The notes under the pieces: model-generated
The model's database searches: none
The model's input: only the letters and a program-made list of their open reading frames with translations
Told to the model about the DNA's origin: nothing
Part shown: positions 53,371 through 62,244 of the stretch, piece by piece
Layout: each line of letters opens with the position of its first letter
How positions within the stretch are numbered: position 1 is the stretch's first letter
Origin: an uncultured Planctomycetota bacterium
Lineage (GTDB): Bacteria; Planctomycetota; PLA2; JAEUHO01
DNA: 64,000 nucleotides
Direction of reading: 5' to 3'
NCBI GenBank assembly: GCA_963752285.1
Contig: CAVVXN010000001.1
Coordinates: forward strand, 416,001 to 480,000
Made by a program: the position numbers and the translations under genes

Positions 53371-54870
53371 TCACTCCTCGAAGCCGGCGAACATCCGCTG
53401 CAGCATGTCGCCGTAGGAGACCGCCCCGTCCAACCGGTCCTTCGCGAGGAGCGAGGCTTGGTGGAGGCCCTCCAGCACGAGCTCGGCGCCGGCCGCGACC
53501 TCCGTCTCGTCCTGGGTGAGGTGGCGGCGCACCAGGTCCGCGAGCGTCGGTACGGCGAGCAGCGCGCCCGCGTCCTCCCCCTCGTCCTCCAGCACGATCG
53601 ACCGCCCGCCCGCGAACCAGTCCACGATGGGCTTGTACGCGTCCTCCGGCTCGCGGTCCTTCGGGCGGCGCGCGGCGCCCTTCGTGTCGTACGGGGGCGG
53701 GAACCGGCGCGCGAACACGGCCGCGACGCCCTGTCCGAGGAGGCGCTGGGCCACGGACGCCGGTCCTTCGCGTTCGCCCTCGAACACGAGCTCGATCTTG
53801 CCGGTGACCGCGCTCTCGGCCGCGAAGAGGTCGCTCACACGGGCGGTGACCTCGTCCCGGCCGAGCCGGAGCGCTCGGCGCTCCGCGTTGCTCACCACGT
53901 TCTCGAGCAAGGCGACCGTGAGGCGGACGCTGACGCCCGACGTCTGGTCCACGAACTCGCTATGGCGCGCCTGGAAGGCCGTCTCCTCGATGGTCTCGCG
54001 CAGGAACTCGGGCACGTGCACGCGCACGCCCTCGCGCGCGGCGTACGCCTCCTGCTCGGTGATGCGCCGCGCGGTCTCCATCGAGGTCGGGTAGTGGGTC
54101 AGGATCTGGCTCGCGATGCGGTCGCGAAGCGGCGTGATGATCGCGCCGCGGTTCGTGTAGTCCTCGGGGTTCGCCGAGAACACGACGAGCACGTCGAGCG
54201 GAAGCCGCACGGGATGTCCGCGGAGCTGCACGTCGCGCTCCTCGAGCACGTTCAGCAGGCCCACCTGGATGCGCGGGGACAGGTCGGGGAGCTCGTTGAC
54301 GGCGAAGATCCCTCGGTTCGTGCGCGGGACCAGGCCGTAGAAGAGGGCGCCCTCGTCGTCGAGGGAGACGCGCTGCGACGCCGCCTTGATCGGGTCGATG
54401 TCGCCGAGCAGGTCGGCGATGGTGACGTCCGGGGTGGCGAGCTTCTCCCGGTAGCGGTCGGCGCGCTCGATCCACCGGATCGGCGCCGCGTCGCCCATCT
54501 CCCGCACGAGCCGCTTCCCGCGTCCGGAGACCGGGGCGTACGGATCGTCGTTCAGGTCGGTGCCCTCGAGCGCCGGCAACGCGTCGTCGAGCAGGCGGAC
54601 GAGCATGCGCAGGAGGCGGGTCTTCGCCTGCCCGCGGAGCCCGAGGAGGATGAAGTCGTGCCGGCTCAAGAGCGCGTTCTCGATCTGCGGGATGACGGTC
54701 TTCTCGTAGCCGAGGATCCCGGGCCAGCGCTCCGCCTCGCTCGAGCCGCTCCGGAGCGCCCGGACGAGGTTTTCGCGCACCTCGTCGCGGACGGAGCGGG
54801 ACCGCCATCCGGAGGCCTTGAGCTCGCCGAGCGTTCGGGGTCGGGGCGTGCTGGGACTCTCGTCGCGCAT
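53371..54870 (-). CDS. Magnesium-chelatase-like AAA+ ATPase
   Basis: GLRGQAKT, EKLATPD, GDIDPIKA, NELPDL, SANPEDYTNRG, PLRDR. Confidence 0.88.
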   Translation of the reverse strand: MRDESPSTPRPRTLGELKASGWRSRSVRDEVRENLVRALRSGSSEAERWPGILGYEKTVIPQIENALLSRHDFILLGLRGQAKTRLLRMLVRLLDDALPALEGTDLNDDPYAPVSGRGKRLVREMGDAAPIRWIERADRYREKLATPDVTIADLLGDIDPIKAASQRVSLDDEGALFYGLVPRTNRGIFAVNELPDLSPRIQVGLLNVLEERDVQLRGHPVRLPLDVLVVFSANPEDYTNRGAIITPLRDRIASQILTHYPTSMETARRITEQEAYAAREGVRVHVPEFLRETIEETAFQARHSEFVDQTSGVSVRLTVALLENVVSNAERRALRLGRDEVTARVSDLFAAESAVTGKIELVFEGEREGPASVAQRLLGQGVAAVFARRFPPPYDTKGAARRPKDREPEDAYKPIVDWFAGGRSIVLEDEGEDAGALLAVPTLADLVRRHLTQDETEVAAGAELVLEGLHQASLLAKDRLDGAVSYGDMLQRMFAGFEE

Positions 54871-55016
54871 CCGGGGCGGATTCTAGGCATCGACGGGGGG
54901 GCCAGCGCCCCGAAGGTCCCCGTTCGACGACCGACGGCTCACGGGACGGGTACGATCCCTCGATTGACGTCCCGCGGCGAGGCACGTCTCGTCGCGAGGA
55001 GAGCCGGAGACCGCCC

Positions 55017-55460
55017 ATGCCGTACGACCCCGTGCTCGTGAAGCCGATGCGCGAGGAGCTGACCCGACTCGGTGTCGAGGAGCTGCTCACACCGGCCGAC
55101 GTGGACGCGTTCGTCGCTCGTCCCGGCACGAAGCTCCTCGTCGTGAACTCCGTGTGCGGCTGCGCGGCCGGCCAGGCCCGGCCCGGCGTGGCCCTCGCGC
55201 TCCAGCACGCCGCGCGTCCCGAGCACGTCGGAACGGTGTTCGCCGGCCAGGACGTCGAGGCGACGGCGCGCGCGCGGAGCTGCTTCCCCGACTTCCCGCC
55301 GAGCAGCCCTTCGATCGCGCTGATGCGCGACCAGGAGGTCGTCTTCTTCCTCCCGCGACACGCGATCGAGGGGGCGCCGGCGCAGCAGATCGCCTTCGAG
55401 CTCGTGACGGCGTTCGACGAGCACTGCGCGCCCGCGTCGCGCGGCGGCAGCGGGTCCTAA
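55017..55460 (+). CDS. BrxA/BrxB family bacilliredoxin
   Basis: PMREELT, VNSVCGCAAG.ARP, TVFAGQD..AT, PPSSPS. Confidence 0.92.
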   Translation: MPYDPVLVKPMREELTRLGVEELLTPADVDAFVARPGTKLLVVNSVCGCAAGQARPGVALALQHAARPEHVGTVFAGQDVEATARARSCFPDFPPSSPSIALMRDQEVVFFLPRHAIEGAPAQQIAFELVTAFDEHCAPASRGGSGS

Positions 55461-55485
55461 GCCCTCGCGCTCGTCCGCGCCCGCG

Positions 55486-55767
55486 ATGGGGACGTTCCAC
55501 GAGGGAAAGGGAGAGCTGCACGGGATCACCGTGCTCGTGCGCACGCCGGGTACGACCGCGTACCTGGGCCGCTGCGACACCGTGACCGAGGAGGGCGTGG
55601 TCCTGCTCGACGCGGACGTGTACGAGGGGCGCGCGGACGACCTGCCGCAGGACGCGTGGATCCGGAGAGCCGCGCGCGTCGGCGTCTGGAAGAAGTTCGA
55701 CGAGGTCTTCGTTCCCGCGGGCGAGGTCTCGTCGATCGAACGCCTCGCCGACCTCCGCATCGGGTGA
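55486..55767 (+). CDS. Small hypothetical protein downstream of bacilliredoxin
   Basis: Codon-biased 93-aa ORF, same strand, 25 nt after the brx stop. Confidence 0.7.
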   Translation: MGTFHEGKGELHGITVLVRTPGTTAYLGRCDTVTEEGVVLLDADVYEGRADDLPQDAWIRRAARVGVWKKFDEVFVPAGEVSSIERLADLRIG

Positions 55768-55815
55768 GGACCGCCCGCGAGGGCGAGGACCGCGGCGCCT
55801 CCGCCGGAGGGGGCG

Positions 55816-57741
55816 TCAGGGCGTTCCGGCGGCGAAGACCAGGCTCTCGGCGATCGAGTCCATCTCGGTGCCCAGGCGTGCGAGCGCCTCCGACGGGCCC
55901 ACGAACCGGACCACCGCGATGGCGTGCGCGGCCTCGCCCAGGTACAGGACGGCCTCCGACGGGTCGTCGGGCGCACCGCGCAGGCGGCCCGCCTCGTACT
56001 TGAAGCCGCGGTTCGCTCCGACGCGAATCGACACCCGCTTCGAGACGTCGAAGGAGGTGAACTGCGTCCCGAGGCCCGCCTCGATCAGGGGGAGCGCGTC
56101 GTCCAGCGGGAGCGGGGAGGCCTGGCGAACCACGACCCCGAGCACGCCGTCCTTCTCGAACTTCAGGGCCTCGCGGCTCGTCGCGGTCGTTTCCTGAGAG
56201 GTCCAACCCTCCGCGAGCGACACGCCGACGCCCTGGGACCGGTTCGCGAGGGACACCTGCGCCAGCGGGTCGGGCCGGTCGCTCGGGTCCCACCTGTCGC
56301 GGGGGTCCTTCTCGAAGCGGGTCTTCTCGAGCACGGACCACACCCGATCGAGCGTGGTCGCGTCGAGGCCGTCCACGAGGAACAGCGCGGCGCCGCGCGT
56401 CGCGAGGCGCCCCGCGCCGTACGCGCCCGTGTAGTCGGTCACGCGGTCGCCCGTGGTCGCTGCGCCGGCCGGCGTCGCGCGAAACGCGTCGCCGTCGCGC
56501 GCGCGGAGCGCGTCGAGGATCGCGTCCGAGGCCTCGCCCGCGTCCTCCACCGTGTCGAACGCGTACGTCTGGATCCACGCGAGGCGGCCGCCGTTCTCGA
56601 GGTACAGCGCGCGCCCCGCGTCCCATCCCTCTCCTGCCGCGAGGGCCCGGTCGCAGCAGTAGCGACCGCGCATGAGCAGGGGGAGGCTCAGGCGCCCGTG
56701 CGTGCCCCCGAGGAAGTAATCCAGGTACAGCGTGAGGTCGAGCTCGCCGTCGCTCGCCTCCTGGATCTTCTTCCATCCCTCGCCGGCGGCGGTAGCGAGA
56801 TCACCGCCCCACACGACCGTCTCGGGGTAGTCCTTGTTCTCGGTGCACCAGCGCTCGGGGTGGAGGTATTCCTCCTCGGAGACCGGCCCGTCGTCCCAGA
56901 GCTTCGCCATGCCGCCGGGGTAGTCGTCTCCGACCACCTGCGCGACGAGGCGCGGACCGACGTCGTAGTGCAGCATCGTCCCCACGATCATGTACGCGGG
57001 GACCTTCCTGAGGATCCGGAGCTGCTCCCGGGCCATCGCGGGGTCGGACTGCCGCTGCATGTAGGCGGCGGCGATGGCGGGATGGGTGTCCTGGTACATC
57101 ACGCGCGCGTGCTCGGCGCTGCCCTCGCCCAGACACTGCTCCGCGAAGAGGCGGTCGGGATCGTCCTTCCACCGCTCGGTGCGGGCATCGAGGTCAACGT
57201 ACTGGTCCTCGAGCGCGTGGATGAGCTCGTGGAGGATCACCGGGCGCTGGCCGTCACCCGTCATGCCCTCGACGATGTAGAGCGCCTTCTCCTTGGGGTT
57301 GTAGTAACCGGCGACCATCCCCTCGAGCATCTCGAGCTGCAGCGCGACGGGATCCTCGTCGGCGGCGAGGAGACCCATGCGCCTCAGGATCCTCGTGTCG
57401 CGCTGGAGGTCCTCGGGCGTCTCCTCCTCCTCCATCATCTGCTCGGCCTTCGCGCGGAACTGGGCGCGCGTGAGGAGGTCGGCCGGCACCGTCCGCTTCC
57501 ACGCGAGGCCACGGATCCGGGACGCCTCGTCGCGAAGCTCGTCCACCATCTTCTTGACCCCGGCGCGTTCGGCCTCGGACGGGCCCTCCGACCCGGCCGT
57601 CTCGGGCACGGGCGAAGTGGACGTCGCGCCCGCCGGCGGCGCCGACGGAGCGTCGGGCGGATCGTCGGCTCGGGCGCCGAGCGGAAGTCCCAGGAGGAGC
57701 GCGAGGGCGAGGAGGAGGGACAGCGTGCGGCGTCGGGGCAT
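55816..57741 (-). CDS. Secreted zincin-like metalloprotease
   Basis: Signal peptide; VAGYYNP, ILHELIHALEDQ, EGSA, YLHPE. Confidence 0.8.
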   Translation of the reverse strand: MPRRRTLSLLLALALLLGLPLGARADDPPDAPSAPPAGATSTSPVPETAGSEGPSEAERAGVKKMVDELRDEASRIRGLAWKRTVPADLLTRAQFRAKAEQMMEEEETPEDLQRDTRILRRMGLLAADEDPVALQLEMLEGMVAGYYNPKEKALYIVEGMTGDGQRPVILHELIHALEDQYVDLDARTERWKDDPDRLFAEQCLGEGSAEHARVMYQDTHPAIAAAYMQRQSDPAMAREQLRILRKVPAYMIVGTMLHYDVGPRLVAQVVGDDYPGGMAKLWDDGPVSEEEYLHPERWCTENKDYPETVVWGGDLATAAGEGWKKIQEASDGELDLTLYLDYFLGGTHGRLSLPLLMRGRYCCDRALAAGEGWDAGRALYLENGGRLAWIQTYAFDTVEDAGEASDAILDALRARDGDAFRATPAGAATTGDRVTDYTGAYGAGRLATRGAALFLVDGLDATTLDRVWSVLEKTRFEKDPRDRWDPSDRPDPLAQVSLANRSQGVGVSLAEGWTSQETTATSREALKFEKDGVLGVVVRQASPLPLDDALPLIEAGLGTQFTSFDVSKRVSIRVGANRGFKYEAGRLRGAPDDPSEAVLYLGEAAHAIAVVRFVGPSEALARLGTEMDSIAESLVFAAGTP

Positions 57742-57966
57742 TTGCGTCTCCGATGTGGGCACGAGATGGGCCGATCGTACCCGCGCTGCATGCCTTGGCC
57801 AGGGTCCCATGGGGACGAAGTTGCGCGAATGTGTGCAGTTCCTCGGCACCAACCTGCCGAGTGCAAGTTCTGCCGCGCCATCCGTGCCGGCCGGCGACGA
57901 GGCCCGAGGTGCTGGCAAACTCACCCGTGCGACCCCCCCGGTGCGGGGCGCCGGGATGCCGCGACC

Positions 57967-58509
57967 TTGACCCTCACCACGCTCGACACGGTCGCGCTCG
58001 TCCTCGGCCTGGTGTTCGCGGTGCGCGGCGCGTTCAAGGGATTCGCGTGGCAGGCCGTGCGCCTGGTCGGTCTGGTCGCCGCGGCCTGGGCCGCCTTCGC
58101 GCTCCAGCCCCAGGTCGGCGGCTGGATCGCGACGCGCGTGTCTTTCGTCCCCGCGACCGTCGCACCCTGGGTGGCCTCGGTCCTGATCTTCGCGACGGTG
58201 TTTTTCGCCGCGACGCTCCTCGCGTGGACCGCGCGCGGCGCGCTCCGGGAGGTCCATCTGGGCGCCCCCGACCGCGTGCTCGGGTTCGCGTTCGGCGCCT
58301 TGACGGGGCTCGTCTGGCTGACCCTCGGGTTCTTCCTCTGGGGACACTTCTTCGCGAGCGACCAGACGATCGAGGACGCGCTTCGGGGATCGCGCTCGGG
58401 GCCGGCGATGTCCTGGCTCGTGAGCACGGTGGTGCCGCACCTGCCGCCCGAGGTCCGCGATCGATGGCACGCCGTGCTGGAGCAGCTCGACCGTCTGCCG
58501 AAACCGTGA
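57967..58509 (+). CDS. CvpA (colicin V production) family membrane protein
   Basis: LD...VRGAFKGF, DRVLGFAFGA; four TMs; TTG start. Confidence 0.82.
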   Translation: MTLTTLDTVALVLGLVFAVRGAFKGFAWQAVRLVGLVAAAWAAFALQPQVGGWIATRVSFVPATVAPWVASVLIFATVFFAATLLAWTARGALREVHLGAPDRVLGFAFGALTGLVWLTLGFFLWGHFFASDQTIEDALRGSRSGPAMSWLVSTVVPHLPPEVRDRWHAVLEQLDRLPKP

Positions 58510-58564
58510 CCTGGGACGGGCGTGGACCGCGCGTCGCCCGAACGGCGCGCGCCGCCCCCTCGTC

Positions 58565-59257
58565 CTACTCGTCCTCGACCACCTCGAAGCCGTCGGCCTC
58601 GAGGATCCGCCGGGGCGGCGCGTCGGGCTCGGGCTCCGGGCGCGGCGCGAGGTCGTCGGGCAGGGTCCACGCGCGCGGCGCCGCCCCCGCGACCTCCTTC
58701 GGGGCGGGCCGCGTCGCCGCCGGCGGGGGCGCGCGCCCCCGGTCGAGGTCGGTGACGTACTCCCAGCGCGACCACCCGGCGACCTCCGCGCGGCGCACGT
58801 CCGTCCTCTCCTTCGCGTCGTCGCCCGCCGGCTCGTCCTCTCGGGCGAGCAGGTCCACGAGGTCCGCGTCGTAGACCGTCTCGCCGTCCACGCGCAGCGC
58901 GGGCAGGACGCCTCGCGCGTCGAGCCCGGCGAGCCGCACGCGGTCGGCGGCGATCCGCCGTGCGGCCTCCTCCGCGGGGAGGAGCCGGTCGGCCGGGAGA
59001 CGCGTCCGGTCCCGCACGCTCCGTCCCGCGGTCCTCGACGCCGGCGCGAGGCGTTCGTTCCAGTAGAGCCGCAGCGCCTCTCCGTCGGCAGGGGCCCGCC
59101 CCGCCTGGGCGTCCACCCACGCGCGCGGCACCCTCATGCGCCCGTCGGCGGTCGTCCAGGGGATCCGGCGGGTCAGAGCGAGCCGCCGGAGCCGCCCGGG
59201 GCTCTCGAGGAGCAGGCGTCCCGCCCGCGGAAGGTCGTAGAGTTGGTCGGCGTCCAC
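58565..59257 (-). CDS. Protein with two excisionase/MerR-like HTH units
   Basis: LYDLPRAGRLL...RRIP and LLPAEEAARRI...GVLPALRV. Confidence 0.55.
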   Translation of the reverse strand: MDADQLYDLPRAGRLLLESPGRLRRLALTRRIPWTTADGRMRVPRAWVDAQAGRAPADGEALRLYWNERLAPASRTAGRSVRDRTRLPADRLLPAEEAARRIAADRVRLAGLDARGVLPALRVDGETVYDADLVDLLAREDEPAGDDAKERTDVRRAEVAGWSRWEYVTDLDRGRAPPPAATRPAPKEVAGAAPRAWTLPDDLAPRPEPEPDAPPRRILEADGFEVVEDE

Positions 59258-59331
59258 GAGGAGTCCGGTCCGAGGCCCACCCGGCCCCGGAGGAGAGTGT
59301 AAGGGCAGACCCCTCCGGGGCGGGAGCCGAC

Positions 59332-59931
59332 ATGTCGAGAAGGCATCTTCTGATCGTCGCGGCCGCCGTCGTCGCGGGCTGCAACACGACCCGCTCGAGC
59401 GCGTACCCGCCCGGCGGCGACGTCCTCCCGACCGTCTCCGGAGCCTCCGGCGCGACCTTCGCGGACGCCGCGTCCGCCCGGAACGCGTTCACGCGGTCGA
59501 ACGACACGATGACGGCCGCCCTCGAGGACTCGGCCTGGCTCCGTTTCGAGGGGGCCCCGGATACGGTGGCCGCGCGGCACCGCGCGTACTTCGATTACGG
59601 CTACACCACGTTTCGGGTGGACCTCTACAGCAAGACCTTCACCCAGCCGGTCAAGGAGACGTACGTGCTCGAGGACAGCGCGGGCGCCCGCTTTTCCGGC
59701 AGCCCGACCACGTGGACCGGGTCCGGTCGGCTCGAGGGGCAGCGGTACGTCTGCCACTTCGATCTCTCCTTCCCGCACGTACTGACCCGGGACGTGAAGT
59801 GGCTCAGGCTCACGCGTACCGCCGACGGCGGCACGCTCGAGTGGACGTTCGGGTCGCCGCCCGCGCCGGCGGCGACGGCCCCGCCGGTCGCCCCCGCCGG
59901 GCCGGTCGCCCCGGCGCCCGTCGCCCGGTGA
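59332..59931 (+). CDS. Putative lipoprotein
   Basis: MSRRHLLIVAAAVVAGC lipobox; GGGAG SD. Confidence 0.75.
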   Translation: MSRRHLLIVAAAVVAGCNTTRSSAYPPGGDVLPTVSGASGATFADAASARNAFTRSNDTMTAALEDSAWLRFEGAPDTVAARHRAYFDYGYTTFRVDLYSKTFTQPVKETYVLEDSAGARFSGSPTTWTGSGRLEGQRYVCHFDLSFPHVLTRDVKWLRLTRTADGGTLEWTFGSPPAPAATAPPVAPAGPVAPAPVAR

Positions 59932-59973
59932 GCGGCGCCCGGTGAACGGCGCCCGTCGTCCGCCGCGCGGGGC

Positions 59974-61197
59974 TCAGGCCTCCGCGCGGATCACGGTGCC
60001 GCGGGCCACGCGGTCGAGGATCTCCTCCAGCGGCCCGCCGTGGGGGACCGCGCGGATGCCGACCGCGCCGAGGAGGGTCACGGCGCGCGCAGGGAGGCTC
60101 GTCGCGACGAGCGCGCGCACGCCGACGAGCGCCGCCAGGAAGGCGGGAGCGTCGCCGACGCCGTCGTGCCGCCGGCGCGGGTCGAGCGGCAGCGGCCGCG
60201 CGCCCACGCAGCGGATCGTCTCCTCCGTGACGGCGTAGATGCGGAGCACGCTCGCGGCGTGGAGCGGCGTGTCCACCATCGTGCCGTCCGACGTGGCGAC
60301 CGCCACGAGGAGGGCGCGGCGCGGAGGCAGGATCGGCGGGGCCACCACACCCGTGGGGGCGTCGGGGACCTGGCGGAGCACGTCGAGCGCGTCGAGCACG
60401 TCGAGGTTCACGGGCTGCAGCCGCTCGGGACACATCCACTCGAGAGGGGAGGTCGCGGGGGCGTTTGCCGACGCCTCGTTCGCGACGCGCCGGACGAGCG
60501 CGCGGGCGCGCAGGAGCTCGTCGGCCGTCGGCCCGCTCGCGCGCGCGAGCGGCGCGGACCGCGAGGGCTGGTGCGGGCGCACGTCCACGCGGCGCGCGCC
60601 GGCCGCGAACGCGCGGCGCGCGATGGTCCCGATCTCGCGCGCGTTCACGGTCGGGATCAGCGTGATGCGCGCGGCGGCGGCGATGCCCACGCGCGCGGCG
60701 AGGCACAGCGCGCGCTCTCCCTCGTGGAGCATCAGGGCGGCCGCCTCGTCGCGGTCGATGTCGTCGCCGCGGAAGCGGGCGCCCGCCACCAGACGACGCG
60801 CGGTCGCGAAGGTCGCGGCGTCGCGCCGCACGACGAGGTAGCCCAGTCCGAACGCGAGGAACTCCTCCACGTACTCGGGGAGGAGCGGCCCGTCCACGAC
60901 GAGCCCCGTCACGACGTCGGGGTGGTGGTCCGCGAGGAGCGCGAGCGCGCGCAACACCGTCTCCGGGCTCGCGAGCGGGTCGCCCGGTCCCTCGATCTCG
61001 AGCGCGAGCGGGCCCTTCAGGACGCGGCGGGCGACGGCGACGTAGCGGAGGACGTCGGCGACGTCGGTCGCCGGCGCGGCGGGGTCGAACGGACGGTCTC
61101 GACGGAAGAGGCAGGGGTTCGGGGCGGCGGGGAGGACGAGGTGCCAGATGCCGAGCCGCGGCCCCGGATCGCGGAAGGGGGTGCCGTCCTGCTCGAT
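59974..61197 (-). CDS. NifB-like protein (radical-SAM-type barrel + NifX-like domain) lacking Fe-S cysteine motifs
   Basis: HLVLPAAP, EGPGDPLASPE, TLIPTVN, GPTADEL, VAVATSDG; no CxxxCxxC; start inferred at ATC. Confidence 0.7.
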   Translation of the reverse strand: MEQDGTPFRDPGPRLGIWHLVLPAAPNPCLFRRDRPFDPAAPATDVADVLRYVAVARRVLKGPLALEIEGPGDPLASPETVLRALALLADHHPDVVTGLVVDGPLLPEYVEEFLAFGLGYLVVRRDAATFATARRLVAGARFRGDDIDRDEAAALMLHEGERALCLAARVGIAAAARITLIPTVNAREIGTIARRAFAAGARRVDVRPHQPSRSAPLARASGPTADELLRARALVRRVANEASANAPATSPLEWMCPERLQPVNLDVLDALDVLRQVPDAPTGVVAPPILPPRRALLVAVATSDGTMVDTPLHAASVLRIYAVTEETIRCVGARPLPLDPRRRHDGVGDAPAFLAALVGVRALVATSLPARAVTLLGAVGIRAVPHGGPLEEILDRVARGTVIRAEA

Positions 61198-61314
61198 GGC
61201 CGTCTCCTGGGCGCTTGGGTGTACCGAAGGCCGCGGGGATCGGCAACCGGGCGGGGTGGGACGGGGATCGTGCGTGGGGTGGGCGGGGACGCGTCCCGCG
61301 AGTACAAGAGCGAC

Positions 61315-62127
61315 GTGGAAACGCCCGACCCCGCACCGACGCCGGCCCCCGGACACCCCGCTCCGCCTCCGGACCGCCGCCCGCGCTCGCGCCTCGCCGT
61401 GTGGGCGCTCGGGCTCTCCCTGGTCTTGATCGTGGCCACGATCCTCACCGGGTTCATGTGGGTGATGCTCGTCCCCGCCGTGCTCGTCTCGGGCTGGGCC
61501 ATCGCGACGATCCGGCCCGACGCGAAGCGAGGACAGGGCATGGCGATCGTTTCGCTGATCCTGTGCCTCCTCGCCGGCTCGTGCTCCTACTTCGGCGTGT
61601 CCACGCTCCACAACGTGCTCACGCACCTCGCGCGCGGCGTCCTGGGAGATCTCGAGCGCGAGCGGACCGAGGCTGCGCCTACGGAGGCGCCCGCGCCCGC
61701 CGGCGCCGACGAGGAGTCGAGCGACGCGAAGCCGACGCCCGTGGACCGCTGGTTCACGAAGGCGGCCGTGGAGAGCGGCGTCGCTGAGAACGTGCGAAAG
61801 CGCTACGCGGCGGTCCGGGAGAAGGTGGGGGCGTACGCCGGTGAGGTGTTGAAGGAGAGCCTCTGGCTCGGCGCCGGTCCGTACGTCGCGCCACCCACCG
61901 ACACCGAGGAGATCGGAGCGGGGATCGGCCCCAAGTGGGAGCTCGACTCGAGCCAGGTCACGTACTGGGTCCGCGTGCGGTGCGGCGACGAGGTGGTCCA
62001 CGTCGCGTTCCGGTTCGCCGAGGCGGACGAGGCCCTCTCCGGGTTCCAGCAGATCGCGTCCGGCGCGGGTCCTTCCTCGAAGCCCGCCCTGCTCCAGGAC
62101 GTGCGTTTCTTCCGCGCCGGGAAGTAG
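61315..62127 (+). CDS. Membrane protein with DUF4190-like N-terminus
   Basis: SRLAVWALGLSL...RGQGMAIVSLI; three TMs plus a soluble domain. Confidence 0.65.
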   Translation: METPDPAPTPAPGHPAPPPDRRPRSRLAVWALGLSLVLIVATILTGFMWVMLVPAVLVSGWAIATIRPDAKRGQGMAIVSLILCLLAGSCSYFGVSTLHNVLTHLARGVLGDLERERTEAAPTEAPAPAGADEESSDAKPTPVDRWFTKAAVESGVAENVRKRYAAVREKVGAYAGEVLKESLWLGAGPYVAPPTDTEEIGAGIGPKWELDSSQVTYWVRVRCGDEVVHVAFRFAEADEALSGFQQIASGAGPSSKPALLQDVRFFRAGK

Positions 62128-62150
62128 GGGCGGGAGGGCCGCCGCCCGCG

Positions 62151-62195
62151 CGGGGCGCGCGGGGCGCGCGGGGCGCCCGGGGCGCCCGGGGCGCC
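62151..62195. repeat. 5 x 9-bp tandem repeat CGGGGCGC(G/C)
   Basis: Direct inspection of the intergenic sequence. Confidence 0.75.
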
Positions 62196-62244
62196 GTCCG
62201 GGGCGGGCGCGCCGCGTACACTTGTCGCCCCTGGGAGCCCCCTC

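Noticed and set aside
53371..54870. Evidence for (bacterio)chlorophyll synthesis from the chelatase-like ATPase
   Set aside because: It is the generic AAA+/VWA pair type; no bchH or photosynthesis genes nearby
57842..57920. Possible sigma-54 promoter (GG...GC) in the divergent intergenic region
   Set aside because: GG-GC spacing is not the required 10 nt; only a short 7-bp inverted repeat is present
59974..61197. Evidence for nitrogen fixation
   Set aside because: The NifB-like protein lacks catalytic cysteine motifs and no other nif gene is present
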